A DNA stretch of 64,000 bases from positions 736,001-800,000 of the forward strand of contig CAVZJV010000014.1 in assembly GCA_963775685.1 (NCBI GenBank). The letters are read 5' to 3'. Both the position numbers and the translations under genes were made by a program. Shown piece by piece: positions 42,430 to 52,996 of this stretch. The number at the start of each line of letters is the position of its first letter. The stretch's first letter is position 1. Below the pieces are notes generated by a model that was not told where the DNA came from, did no database searches, and was given only the letters and a program-made list of their open reading frames with translations. The DNA comes from Candidatus Bathyarchaeota archaeon (GTDB lineage: Archaea; Thermoproteota; Bathyarchaeia; Bathyarchaeales; Bathycorpusculaceae).

Positions 42430-43737
42430 TTATGTCTTTTTAAGTCTGTACCTCAAAATAGCGGCAAATCCGCTCAATGCGGTTAGCTTTTCTTTCTCCT
42501 CCGATGCGGTAGATATCACCTCGACTCTCGCGTTGGACTGCGAAGCTAAATCCTCCAAGACATCCACTATATCTTTCTCATCAACTGTGTATTCTACTGC
42601 GCCACACCTCTCGCATGGGCGCGATATCATTTCGCGTATGGCTTGAATCTTGAGGTTTTTGTGTACTACTTTTGCCGCTGATAGCTCACACTTATTGCAT
42701 ATTACGACAATTTCGACGATGTCAGAATTATCCGTAACAAGTGCAACTTCTACTTCGCCTATCTTGAGTGCGTTTAAAACAGGATCTAAGCCATAAATAG
42801 CCAAGCTGTCTTGCTTGCCCACATATGTCAGAAGACGCTGTACAATCATCTTTTCTTCTGGGGCACACATATTCTTCAAAGTCTCAGATGATTTTTCAAG
42901 CACCTCCCGCACCCCTTCTCTGTCGGCGGATTGCGTGTCAATAGTGCTGACAAGTGCATTCTTTAATTCATAATGAAGATAATTACCGTTTAAGAAGTCG
43001 TCTTTTGTTAGACCCGGCCCACCAACAATCAAAACTGTGACTTTATGGTTCTCAAGAAACGCTTTCGCAGCATGCTCGGCAACTCTGTGGAAATAATTTG
43101 TAAGAGCCATGTCGCGTTCTCTTTCGTACCTTCTTTGGCTCGACCCGCCCTTTCCAGACTTTCCATGAATCCCTGAAGTGATATTTTCGATAATTTCAAG
43201 ATGTTCACCATTGAGGACTCCAAAGCTTGCCTCCTTTGAATCCATAGCAATAAGCCCAACAACTTTTTGGTTTCTCAGCATTTCTCTCAAAGGCTCTAGC
43301 CGGAAATGATTGTCAACTTCGTAGAGATATGTGATAATGGGTTCTGGTGGAACGAGCTCTTCAACATTCAAAATTTTGCTTTCCGAACCTTTGAAGGCGA
43401 AAGCCCCGGCAAATATTGCCAACCCATTCTCAGAAATTTGGGTCTGCAGCTTTAGTCGCTGGATTATATTCTTGAGTGCGTCTTGAAGATGATCTCTAAT
43501 ATTCCTTGCTTTCTCATATTTCGTGGATACTGATTCATATTCATTCTTAAGGTTTGCAACTATTTCGTCTGTAGATGAGCAACCAGGAATGTAAAGCGAG
43601 ATGAACTCCATATCCTTGTCCTCTTTTTCAGATAACCATGCTATGAGCTTCCTTAGTTTGTGCTGTTTCACTGAGTTTGTAGTTGCCATCTGGCATCCAT
43701 GAAAATGTGATATTTTTTCAGAAACCAAATCTAACAC
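42430..43737 (-). CDS. aRF1/eRF1 paralog with degenerate catalytic and decoding motifs
   Basis: Three-domain aeRF1 layout (ISLYIP, ENGLAIF, GGPGLTKDDF, CNKC..CERC mini-domain, GFAAILRY) but GGQ reads GGS; likely start MATTNSV near 43689. Confidence 0.85.
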   Translation of the reverse strand: MLDLVSEKISHFHGCQMATTNSVKQHKLRKLIAWLSEKEDKDMEFISLYIPGCSSTDEIVANLKNEYESVSTKYEKARNIRDHLQDALKNIIQRLKLQTQISENGLAIFAGAFAFKGSESKILNVEELVPPEPIITYLYEVDNHFRLEPLREMLRNQKVVGLIAMDSKEASFGVLNGEHLEIIENITSGIHGKSGKGGSSQRRYERERDMALTNYFHRVAEHAAKAFLENHKVTVLIVGGPGLTKDDFLNGNYLHYELKNALVSTIDTQSADREGVREVLEKSSETLKNMCAPEEKMIVQRLLTYVGKQDSLAIYGLDPVLNALKIGEVEVALVTDNSDIVEIVVICNKCELSAAKVVHKNLKIQAIREMISRPCERCGAVEYTVDEKDIVDVLEDLASQSNARVEVISTASEEKEKLTALSGFAAILRYRLKKT

Positions 43738-43789
43738 CTTAACGTTCAGTTACGGGGAATACTAATTTATAGAGTTTCTCAATAGAGGT

Positions 43790-44674
43790 AATTGTTTCGC
43801 AAGATGAAATGTTTTGATTAAAAAGACAAAGATCATGTGCACAATGGGTCCAGCCGATTCTTCACCGGTACGTGGGAAGAGTTTTCTTGAGTAATCTTTG
43901 TGGGATTCGGTAACGCGGTTGTGTATTTGCTCTAGGTTTAACACTAAAAGTGTCATGTTGAATTTGTCTTGTCCACAATATTTCTTGAGGGCGCTCGTTT
44001 TCCAGTGTTTCTGACAGGAGGTAATAGAAGAATTTGTCAAAAGCAGCTGCAACCGGCGTGTGGGTTGTGAAGACACATACGTTTTTTACTTTATTCTCGT
44101 CTAAATTGTTTCTCTTCAAGAGTCAAGAGTAAGTAGACTTGAATGTCCTTCGTTTCATGTGGTATTTCTTGACATTAATGTTTAATGCTTCAAGAATGCG
44201 TAATCCGCCTAACCCAAAACTATCTCCTGCATTAAACAGCATTTTTTGCCGTCGCCATAGAGCAAATCAATAATTTGCCTGTCCTCTTGAGTGTTACCTT
44301 CAACATCTTTAGTAAGGAACAGAACCGGTATGGTTCCGCCAATAAGACTCTCCTGTTCATAAACCCAAACACCAACCTTAACATGCCGTCCCGAAATCTT
44401 CAAAGTTGAAGTCACGGTCAATAGCTTCACAAACTTTGAGGGACTCCCTTCCTCAGCGAGTTCGATTTGTCAGCCGTCAAGAGTTAATTTTTGTTTCAAG
44501 TAACCTTTTTGGTGATTAAAATTACCGCGACCACAGGTAACCTCAAATCTGCACTTGACCTGATTATATCGCCTGCCATAACCACCAGTCCTCCACTGTA
44601 ACTATGGATATCTGGCGACTACCGATTTCCATAGAGAAATAAACAATTTTGGACCCTTCAACAAAACTGGTCAT
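43790..44674 (-). pseudogene. Alpha-glucan (glycogen) phosphorylase, heavily decayed
   Basis: Fragments [45 protein letters not shown] and VFTTHTPV with multiple stops and shifts; C-terminal half absent; end approximate. Confidence 0.8.
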
Positions 44675-45031
44675 ATAATATTCGCTGTCAAAATAGTATT
44701 ATCGCCCTAAAAATTCATATTTATGCTTTGTTTTCTGTGGATCTAAGGCATACCGCAAACTGGGTCCTTGGTAGACATGAAATCAGAACCCTCGTTTTTA
44801 AAGAATGTGACTTCGCCTGTAATTAGATTACTAGCTAAAATCTCTTAAGAATCAATACAACCGTTTGTAAAGATGGGTGCTTCAAAATAGTTTAATACTC
44901 CTCAAGCATAAATTATTTAGATACACGTCAAAGTCCCAATTTTGAGCGAGTTATTTTGGGGGCGGCGCTTTGACTAAGATGCTTAACTTGATTTAGTTAG
45001 GAGACAAACGCTTATAGGCGGTTTAGATATC

Positions 45032-45523
45032 ATGGTTGAAAAAAATACCGAGCAATTAGATTTGTCAGATGTTGTTGCTTGCGTTAAAGAACATTTGGAA
45101 AGAGCAGGATATAATGTTACAACCATTAATCATTACGGAATTGGCGTCAGTATAACTGGTATAAAAGATAAAGAAATCTTTATTGTTGAGGCAGTGGGGG
45201 AAAGTGAACAAGATTCTAACAACACAAGCGAAAAACAGATTCTATCTGCAATTGGTGAGGTAGTGCGAAGGATGAAACGCCGCGAAATGTGGACTTTTTA
45301 TGGAATAGCAATACCTAAGGGCTACTTGAAAATTTTGAAGGACTTTGAGGTGGGCGGGATTAAGTTATTGGATTTTCATTTTTTCATAGTCGAGACTTTA
45401 TGGTCTCTGTATCATCTTGATTTAAAAGCAACAGTTGAGCTAATCCAAAATCTTAAAGCAGGCAAACCTGAAGCGCTAATAGATTTAGATATTGATTTTA
45501 AGAATTTTGATTACATGATTTAG
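45032..45523 (+). CDS. PD-(D/E)xK restriction endonuclease-like fold protein, probably inactive
   Basis: VKEHLERAGYNV...GVSITGIKDKEIFIVEAVG...AIGEVVRRM...YGIAIP pattern. Confidence 0.5.
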   Translation: MVEKNTEQLDLSDVVACVKEHLERAGYNVTTINHYGIGVSITGIKDKEIFIVEAVGESEQDSNNTSEKQILSAIGEVVRRMKRREMWTFYGIAIPKGYLKILKDFEVGGIKLLDFHFFIVETLWSLYHLDLKATVELIQNLKAGKPEALIDLDIDFKNFDYMI

Positions 45524-45569
45524 GGTTAAAATCCTTGTCGGCAGTTCGTTATTTTAGAAAACTTAAAAA

Positions 45570-48152
45570 GTGATCATCACCTTTAAAGATTTAGTTAAGG
45601 TGTTTTTTTTCTTGGCTTCTAAGAAAACAGAAACTCTTAGCAGAGATACCCCCTTTGAAATCTATGTTAAGATGGGTCTCTCTTCAGAAGAAGTTGCAAG
45701 AAAAATTGAAAAATATGGATTAAATGAATTCCCCGAAAAGAAAGTTAATTCCTTCCGAAAATTTTTGGGATATTTCTGGGGACCCATACCCTGGATGATT
45801 GAAATTGCTTCAATATTATCTGTAATCATACAGCACTATGACGATTTTGCTATTATTTTCACCTTGTTAATCGTGAATGCTGTTGTGGGGTTTTGGCAGG
45901 AACGCAAAGCAGACAACGCAATAGAACTGCTAAAGAAAAGACTATCTCCAAAAGCCCGGGTGTTGCGAGATGGCATCTGGCATGAGATACCGTCAAAGGA
46001 ACTTGTTCCGGGAGACATCGTACGTGTACGTTTAGGCGACATTGTTCCTGCCGATGTAAAACTTATGAAAGGCCCCTATTTGCTTGCCGATGAATCCGCA
46101 TTAACGGGTGAATCTTTACCTGTAGAAAAACACGTTTCTGACATAGCTTATGCAGGAGCCATCATTAGACAGGGCGAAATGGATGCTTATGTCGTGGCGA
46201 CTGGAATAAGCAGCTTTTTTGGCAAGACGGCCAAGTTAGTAGCTGAAGCTAGATCTGTAAGCCACTTTCAAAGAGCAGTTATAAGAATAGGCAACTACTT
46301 GATTATTCTTGCAGCAATCATGGTTTCTGCTGTTGTAATTGCTGCTCTCGCTCGACAGGCCAATCCTTTGGAAATTCTACAGTTCGCGTTAGTTTTGGTT
46401 GTAGCTTCGATACCTGTAGCGTTACCTGCTGTTTTGACTGTAACAATGGCAATTGGAGCAATTGCTCTTGCCAAAAAAGAAGCCATAGTCAGCAAATTAG
46501 TGGCGATTGAAGAAATGGCTGGTGTTGATGTACTATGTTCCGACAAAACAGGCACAATAACAAAAAATGAACTAACTATAGCGGAAGCGCAAGCCTTAGG
46601 AAAATTCGAAATCGACGACGCTCTTTTATATGGAACATTAGCTTCAAGGGTAGAAAATCATGATCCTATCGATGATGCAGTGATTTCAAAAGCCAAGTCA
46701 ATCCATGTTGTTGCTGATGTTCTTGGTCGATACAATGTAGTTGATTTTAAGCCTTTTGATCCGGTTTCTAAGATGACGGAAGCCACCGTGGAGAATCGAG
46801 ACGGCGGAAGTTTCAGAGTTGCAAAGGGTGCGCCACAGGTGGTTTTGTCGCTTGTTTCAAACAGAGCAGAAATTGAAAATAGAGTTGACGAAATTGTAAA
46901 CACCTATGCACGAAAAGGTCACCGGTCATTGGGTATAATTAAGGAAGATGAAAAGGGCAATTGGGAGTACGTTGGTCTTCTTGCAATTTATGATCCGCCA
47001 AGAGAAGACTCTGCAGAAACGATAAAAACAGCTCAAAAAATGGGTTTGCAGGTTAAAATGGTCACAGGCGACCACATTGCTATTGCTAAACAGATTGCTC
47101 AAGAAGTTAATCTAGGCACAAATATAGTGTCAGCGTCTTCTTTTGTAGATAAACCTGACAGTGAATCAAAGCGAATAATTGAAGCCGCTGATGGTTTTGC
47201 ACAAGTTTTTCCTGAACACAAATACCGCATTGTCGAGTTGCTTCAAGATAAAGGACATATTGTTGGCATGACTGGAGACGGCGTGAATGACGCACCTGCA
47301 TTAAAGAAAGCAAATGCCGGCGTGGCAGTTGCCGGAGCTACCGACGCTGCAAAATCAGCAGCAGATGTGGTGTTAACAAAACCAGGACTTTCTGTTATCA
47401 TTGATGCAATAAAGGAAAGTCGCAAGATTTTTGAACGCATGACCAACTATGCTGTTTACCGAATTGCCGAAACAACTAGAGTGTTAATTTTCTTGTCTTT
47501 TTCAATTCTTGCCTTCAACTTCTATCCATTGACGGCTGTCATGATAGTGATCTTAGCCTTGCTTAACGATATGCCCATAATGACAATTGCTTATGATAAA
47601 GTTAGGGTGCAAGAGAAGCCCGTCCGTTGGAACATGCGTGGAGTATTGATTGTGGCGTCTCTTCTTGGAGCCACAGGCGTTGTTTCAAGCTTTGGGCTCT
47701 TTTTAATTGGATTAAACGTGTTCCACTTGAGTTTAAGCAGTCTTCAAACGTTGATTTTCTTGAAGATGGCTGTCGCTGGGCATCTGACTATTTATCTTGC
47801 GCGCACTGGAGTGAACCATTTCTGGAAACGCCCACTTCCAGCATACATTCTTTTCTTAACTACAGAGGTGACTCAAGTTATTGGGACGCTGTTCGCTGTT
47901 TACGGTGTGTTTATGACTCCGATTGGTTGGGGATTCGCTGCCTTCGTTTGGGGATATGCGTTACTCAGCTTCTTAATTACCGACCAGCTAAAGATTCACT
48001 TCTTCAGATTGATGAGGCACGAAGAAGCGCAATCCAGCAGACAAAACTATAGCGGGTCTTCCGCTTTTCCTCGTATCCGACAGCTCTTATCTAAAATAAT
48101 TCAGCCTAAAATAGGAAGAGTCAAAATTTTATCCTCTAAAAAAGAAAAATAA
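45570..48152 (+). CDS. P3A plasma-membrane H+-ATPase
   Basis: FWGPIPWMIE, LTGESLP, IPVALP, CSDKTGT, FKPFDPVSK, KGAPQ, DPPR, TGDGVNDAP, LLNDMPI; true start may be a few codons later. Confidence 0.93.
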   Translation: MIITFKDLVKVFFFLASKKTETLSRDTPFEIYVKMGLSSEEVARKIEKYGLNEFPEKKVNSFRKFLGYFWGPIPWMIEIASILSVIIQHYDDFAIIFTLLIVNAVVGFWQERKADNAIELLKKRLSPKARVLRDGIWHEIPSKELVPGDIVRVRLGDIVPADVKLMKGPYLLADESALTGESLPVEKHVSDIAYAGAIIRQGEMDAYVVATGISSFFGKTAKLVAEARSVSHFQRAVIRIGNYLIILAAIMVSAVVIAALARQANPLEILQFALVLVVASIPVALPAVLTVTMAIGAIALAKKEAIVSKLVAIEEMAGVDVLCSDKTGTITKNELTIAEAQALGKFEIDDALLYGTLASRVENHDPIDDAVISKAKSIHVVADVLGRYNVVDFKPFDPVSKMTEATVENRDGGSFRVAKGAPQVVLSLVSNRAEIENRVDEIVNTYARKGHRSLGIIKEDEKGNWEYVGLLAIYDPPREDSAETIKTAQKMGLQVKMVTGDHIAIAKQIAQEVNLGTNIVSASSFVDKPDSESKRIIEAADGFAQVFPEHKYRIVELLQDKGHIVGMTGDGVNDAPALKKANAGVAVAGATDAAKSAADVVLTKPGLSVIIDAIKESRKIFERMTNYAVYRIAETTRVLIFLSFSILAFNFYPLTAVMIVILALLNDMPIMTIAYDKVRVQEKPVRWNMRGVLIVASLLGATGVVSSFGLFLIGLNVFHLSLSSLQTLIFLKMAVAGHLTIYLARTGVNHFWKRPLPAYILFLTTEVTQVIGTLFAVYGVFMTPIGWGFAAFVWGYALLSFLITDQLKIHFFRLMRHEEAQSSRQNYSGSSAFPRIRQLLSKIIQPKIGRVKILSSKKEK

Positions 48153-48176
48153 GAATTCAATTTTGGTCAGGACTTG

Positions 48177-49964
48177 TCATACGCTTCCTGAGAGTTTAAT
48201 CTCTTCAAGTTTTGACATTATCTCAATGTTATAGACCCGCCAGATATCTTCCCGAGTAATTATACCTATCAGTTTAGTGTCATCCTTTTGGTCAACAACA
48301 GGCAGACGCCCAACCTGGTTATTTGTCATCTTGCCAAAGGCGACATAAAGATTTTCATCTAAAATCGTTGTGACCAAGTCTTTGGTCATTACGGTGTTCA
48401 CTTTCGTGATTGTTCTTTTGTCTGGATGAAGTTTGAGAACATCAGTAAGAGTTATCATACCCTCGAGTCTGCCTTGATTATCTGAGACAGGTACCCCTTT
48501 TATTCCATTCCTTGATAACATATCGGCAACCTCTGAAACCGGTGAGTTGGGGGAAATCGTGAGGACTTTTTTGGTCATTGCATCTTTGACCAAAAGCCGT
48601 TGCATCATAGAAATCGAGTATTCACTTCTGTGAGCAGGAGACTCAACTCTTGATGGAACTTGGCTTTTATAAATTGTATTCTTTCCTGTAACTACGTACG
48701 CAATTACGGTTGCTATCATTGAAGGAACCAGTAAAGTGAGGCCGCCTGTCATTTCGCTAACCATAAGTATGACTGCAACAGGCACTTTGCCTACGCCTCC
48801 AAAAAACGCCATCATCCCAACTATTGTGAATGCAGCAATGACTGGACTGAAGTTTGGAAAAATGAAATTTAACAGTAACCAGAGTGCTACGCCAAGAAAG
48901 CCGCCTACGAATAGAGCGGGTGCAAAAACGCCTCCGCTTCCTCCTGAACCTACCGTTAGGGATGTTGCGACTATTTTGGCTGCAATTATGACTGGAACGA
49001 GAATGACTGGGAGTAAAATAAAGTTGCTGCTCATGGCCATCTGGAGCCAACCATATCCCATGCCGAGCACTTGCGGCAGAAACATTCCGATGATGCCTAC
49101 TAGTAGTCCGCCTAGGGCAGGCTTTAGGAATCGGGGCATTTTAAGACTTTGAAAGAAAGCCTTTGTACCGTAGAATCCCTTGACGTAAATTATGCCTACT
49201 AAACCGCAAAGTATGCCTAGAACAGCATAGAAGGGTAGGTCAAGTGGGTCGCTGAACGCAGCTTGGTTCATGTAGCCGAATATGGGCGTCCATCCCGTAA
49301 ACGATGCAAATATACTGTAGCCTACAGTCGAAGCAATAAAAGCGGGCAACAATGTTTCTACTTCGAAATCGCCCATGTAAAGAATTTCTGCGGCCAATAT
49401 TGCACCGCCAAATGGCGCTTTGAAAATGGCGCCTATGCCTGAACCTATGCCGACTGCGACTGCTATTCTTCTGTCTTTTAAGCTGAGGTGGAGTTTTTTG
49501 CCTAAAAAAGAGCCGAATCCGGCGCCTATCTGTGCTGTAGGGCCTTCTCTGCCGGCGCTTCCTCCGGAGCCTATTGTAATAGCTGAAGCTATCAGCTTTA
49601 CTATGGGGATTCTGGATCGGATTTCGCCTTTTTTGTTGTGGAATGCGTCGATAGCTGCGTCGGTTCCGTGACCTTCAGCTTCAGGTGCTAAGCCATAGAC
49701 GATAAGACCGCTTAGAAGCCCCCCAATGGTTGTAATTACTGGTATTAGGTAGATGTGGGATGAGAGTATTCCTAAGCTTCCGCCTTCTCCTGCTGGTGAT
49801 GGAGGAAAAAAACCTCCGAAGTCACCGAGCAGATAGGTGCTAGAAAGGCTGATAGCTTCGTAGAAAAGCAGACTCCCCACGCCGCTTATTGTCCCTATCA
49901 AAATGGCAATGGGAACCCATTTTCTTAAATAACTTAGCTCGCGAGAAGCTGTGGGAGATTTCAA
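48177..49964 (-). CDS. ClC chloride/H+ transporter with CBS pair
   Basis: GHGTD, GSAGREGPTAQ (gating Glu), GGSGGVFAP, C-terminal CBS domains. Confidence 0.93.
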   Translation of the reverse strand: MKSPTASRELSYLRKWVPIAILIGTISGVGSLLFYEAISLSSTYLLGDFGGFFPPSPAGEGGSLGILSSHIYLIPVITTIGGLLSGLIVYGLAPEAEGHGTDAAIDAFHNKKGEIRSRIPIVKLIASAITIGSGGSAGREGPTAQIGAGFGSFLGKKLHLSLKDRRIAVAVGIGSGIGAIFKAPFGGAILAAEILYMGDFEVETLLPAFIASTVGYSIFASFTGWTPIFGYMNQAAFSDPLDLPFYAVLGILCGLVGIIYVKGFYGTKAFFQSLKMPRFLKPALGGLLVGIIGMFLPQVLGMGYGWLQMAMSSNFILLPVILVPVIIAAKIVATSLTVGSGGSGGVFAPALFVGGFLGVALWLLLNFIFPNFSPVIAAFTIVGMMAFFGGVGKVPVAVILMVSEMTGGLTLLVPSMIATVIAYVVTGKNTIYKSQVPSRVESPAHRSEYSISMMQRLLVKDAMTKKVLTISPNSPVSEVADMLSRNGIKGVPVSDNQGRLEGMITLTDVLKLHPDKRTITKVNTVMTKDLVTTILDENLYVAFGKMTNNQVGRLPVVDQKDDTKLIGIITREDIWRVYNIEIMSKLEEIKLSGSV

Positions 49965-50289
49965 ATTGGCATTATCCTTCTCGGATATTCAGTGCACAAT
50001 AAAGTCTGATATAAATGGCACGCTTCTGAAACGATCAAACTGGTGCAAAAATGTGGAGGTCGCTTTTGGAATGCATGATGATGAAGAGGAGAGGATTTTG
50101 ACCTTTGTTAAGAAGTGAATCCAAGTGTTTAACCCTTGTTTGGCATAGTAACAAGCACATGAGCTATCCGGTTATTTGTTTGTTGTTTGGGAAAGTTTTT
50201 TGGCTTGAGTTGGGTGAGTAAGGTTTTTCGAATTGGTGAAAAGGGGCTTTTTGGTTTAGGTGTTCTGGTTGAGGTTTTTTGCAGGGTTT

Positions 50290-50370
50290 GATTGTTGCAA
50301 CCGGTATGCAAAATTCAGTTGCAACAACAACATCAACAACAACTTTTATTTTATGTTGCAGTTGATTTGG
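50290..50370. repeat. (AAC)n-rich hairpin element, copy 2
   Basis: Reverse complement aligns with 6764..6836; perfect 10-bp arms TTGTTGCAAC (50292-50301) and GTTGCAACAA (50318-50327). Confidence 0.75.
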
Positions 50371-50686
50371 ATTGATTTTTTTAATTGAGGCTGTTGCCAC
50401 GGTTTTAAGGATCGATGGGTGGATCTTTCTTCATTTGGCTATGAGCAGCTTTGAGCGATAATTCGAAACTGCCTCGATCAACCACAAATTTTGTTTTTCC
50501 AGTTTGCAACTTTGAGAGGTTCTCACATATCGCCTTGGAACAAACCTTTCTCATGTCTTCACCGGTTAAAGTTCTCTGGATTATTTGGGTTTGAGTAGCA
50601 GCCTTTGGAACTGCTCTACCTATTTTTGGCGACAGTAGCATGATCTACTAAATAGATTTTAGTACGTAAGCTAATTAAGCGAATAA

Positions 50687-51304
50687 TTGGATTATTGGTC
50701 CAGTATGAGACTACTAAATAATGCTCTTTCAGATCTCAAGGCTTATGCTAGAAGAGAGTATTCTCTGACCAATAACGTTCCAGTTCTTGTGATGCTAATA
50801 ACTGAAGAAGAACACATGAAACTGAAAAATGCCTATGATAACAAAGTTAAAACTAATACTGAAAACGAAGCCAACCTGAAAGATTTTGAAAAAGAAGAGA
50901 ATGCGACTAATCATTCAGACGAGTTTTTTTCAAACATAGCCAGTATATTTGAGCTATTGCACAACTATTCATCAGAGGTGCGGCCTATAGTCACACCAAT
51001 ATTGAAAGAAGTTTTTGATATTCCTCATTTTGGAAAGTACAAGTATGCGATTATTATTCGAGAGGAGAAACTGCTCGAATGGGGTAGCCAAATGGATATT
51101 CAGGTGGAAGGTAAACAAGCTACAGGTAAGAAAAGAAAGCTCATTATCTTTTACAGAATTCTAACACAAGAGTTTCTCCATGTGGTGGAATGCGAAAAAG
51201 GTATTCAAATATTCCGAAACACTGGGAGAACAGATTCAGAGACGGTTCAACGAGCGTTGAAAACTGTTAAGATATTTCGAGATATCGATATCTTTTCTGA
51301 TTAA
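50687..51304 (+). CDS. Hypothetical protein
   Basis: 205-aa ORF; QEFLH resembles a degenerate HExxH. Confidence 0.55.
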   Translation: MDYWSSMRLLNNALSDLKAYARREYSLTNNVPVLVMLITEEEHMKLKNAYDNKVKTNTENEANLKDFEKEENATNHSDEFFSNIASIFELLHNYSSEVRPIVTPILKEVFDIPHFGKYKYAIIIREEKLLEWGSQMDIQVEGKQATGKKRKLIIFYRILTQEFLHVVECEKGIQIFRNTGRTDSETVQRALKTVKIFRDIDIFSD

Positions 51305-51920
51305 CGGTTAGTCCATTTGAAACTCTAAAAACTCAGAAAAAAGAACAGTCAGGGAATTTCGGTCATATTGTCACGCAGAGCTAACCAACGTTTAAACTCT
51401 AGTCCAGTACACTTGCCCTTCCCTAGCCAATTGTCACCATACTTCTTTCTCAACTTCTCACTGTATGACTCAAAAGTCTCTGCTTCACTTGCTTCTACAC
51501 TGTCTTTTTTTTTCACTAATTTATGACTCCAAATCAAGTCTTATACATGCCTCCAATTAAAGTTAAGTCTAACTGATTACATTGAAAATCAAAAGTCGAT
51601 AACTTTCAAGCAAAATAAGATAGCATAGGCTATGTTACATTCAGATTTTCCGATAACCCAAACAAAGATTATCTGCAATTAATATGTCTCAGCTAACATG
51701 CCATGCCAAAACTTGAAAAACTTGTTATTACTTGGCTTTGTCGGTGGATTTTCTCTTAAGAATTTTTTTAATCCATTGTGTTTCTGAGGAAAAAAACTTT
51801 TTCGTGCCGGTAATTCACCTATGACCTTAGAAATTAATGGAGCACACTTTGAGTCGGCGACTAACAATGGCAAAGAACGATGACACGTCATTCAGAATAA
51901 AGATATACGAGAGAATAGCC

Positions 51921-51998
51921 AAAGCATACACTTTCATAGAAACTGGATTTGAGTACGTCACAGATTTCAATAATCGAATATCTTTAAGAAAAGAAAGC
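51921..51998 (+). mobile_element. Second integrase-like C-terminal tail remnant
   Basis: KAYTFIETGFEYVTDFNNR-(shift)-IFKKRK, homologous to 20081..20203; about 60 bp before a tRNA-3'-like repeat. Confidence 0.45.
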
Positions 51999-52056
51999 AG
52001 CCAAACAAAAGAATAGGCAACAACTTTTCCACCACCGTACTTTTTTGCTTATTTTC

Positions 52057-52117
52057 GTGCATGGGCGGGATTCGAACCTTCACCGCTGGATATATCATCC
52101 GAATATCCCTATTTTTT
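52057..52117. repeat. tRNA-3'-like att-site repeat A
   Basis: Reverse complement GGTTCGAATCCCGCCCATGCAC (T loop + acceptor 3' strand) fused to a non-tRNA arm shared with 60633 and 60802. Confidence 0.6.
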
Positions 52118-52128
52118 CAAAGTAATCT

Positions 52129-52944
52129 CTAATTTTCTTTGTTAGATTTTCCTGAGGTAGAGTTTGAATTTCTTCCTCGGGACTTCCAAAGGGCTTTTGA
52201 TTGCGTGAACCAGAGTGTTTCAAAGTAATCCTGGACTATCCCGACGAGTGAGGGATTGTTCGACCACAACATAGAAGATCCCGCGAAATCTCCAGTTGGT
52301 GAAGTTACAATATTAACCTCTCTTTTATCATAAATTACTATCATAGCTGAAGGGATAGACGGGATATACCTGATGTTACAAGACGAGGTCTTGCAGACAT
52401 CCTCCAAAACTTTTGGCTGAGGCGTTTTTTGGTCAAATTCATCCAAAACGAATCGAACCTTTACTCCTCTATTTAATCCTTCAAAAATATCTCCACTTAC
52501 AGCAAACATCATTTGAAGAAATCTCTTGTGCGAAGTGACGCAATCTATGAAGTTTTGAGTAGCCTTAATGGTTTGTTTCCCCTTCTGGAGGCATGCTCTT
52601 CCTTTAGGAATCAAAACGAACTGCGTTTCATTAACGGATACTCCGTTTTTTTTCGCCTCGAACATATGGATTAAGCTTTGTGTTTGTATCTGCAATTCAC
52701 GGCTCTTCTCGAATCTAGCTTCCATCATGACATTGAGGGCTTCTTCCAAAGGGATAGATCGATACAAAATGGGGTTGGTTATAGATTTTTCAACAAAGCC
52801 CCTTTCTTCCAGCTCAGTTAAAATTCGGTAAATGTCTTGTCGGGCTACTTTGGATTCTTTTGAGATTACTTTTGCATTTGAGATTCCTAATTGACACAGC
52901 GCACTGTAAGTTCTGGCTTGGGTGACTGTAAACCCTAAGTCCAT
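52129..52944 (-). CDS. TrmB-family transcriptional regulator
   Basis: LGFTVTQARTYSAL...SKVARQDIYRILTELEERGFVEK HTH; IYDKREV and WSNNPSLVGIVQDYFETLW effector domain. Confidence 0.9.
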   Translation of the reverse strand: MDLGFTVTQARTYSALCQLGISNAKVISKESKVARQDIYRILTELEERGFVEKSITNPILYRSIPLEEALNVMMEARFEKSRELQIQTQSLIHMFEAKKNGVSVNETQFVLIPKGRACLQKGKQTIKATQNFIDCVTSHKRFLQMMFAVSGDIFEGLNRGVKVRFVLDEFDQKTPQPKVLEDVCKTSSCNIRYIPSIPSAMIVIYDKREVNIVTSPTGDFAGSSMLWSNNPSLVGIVQDYFETLWFTQSKALWKSRGRNSNSTSGKSNKEN

Positions 52945-52996
52945 TAGTACTATGGTTAATTCGTTTTTGACCCGGAATGTTGACGCCGTTGGAGGT

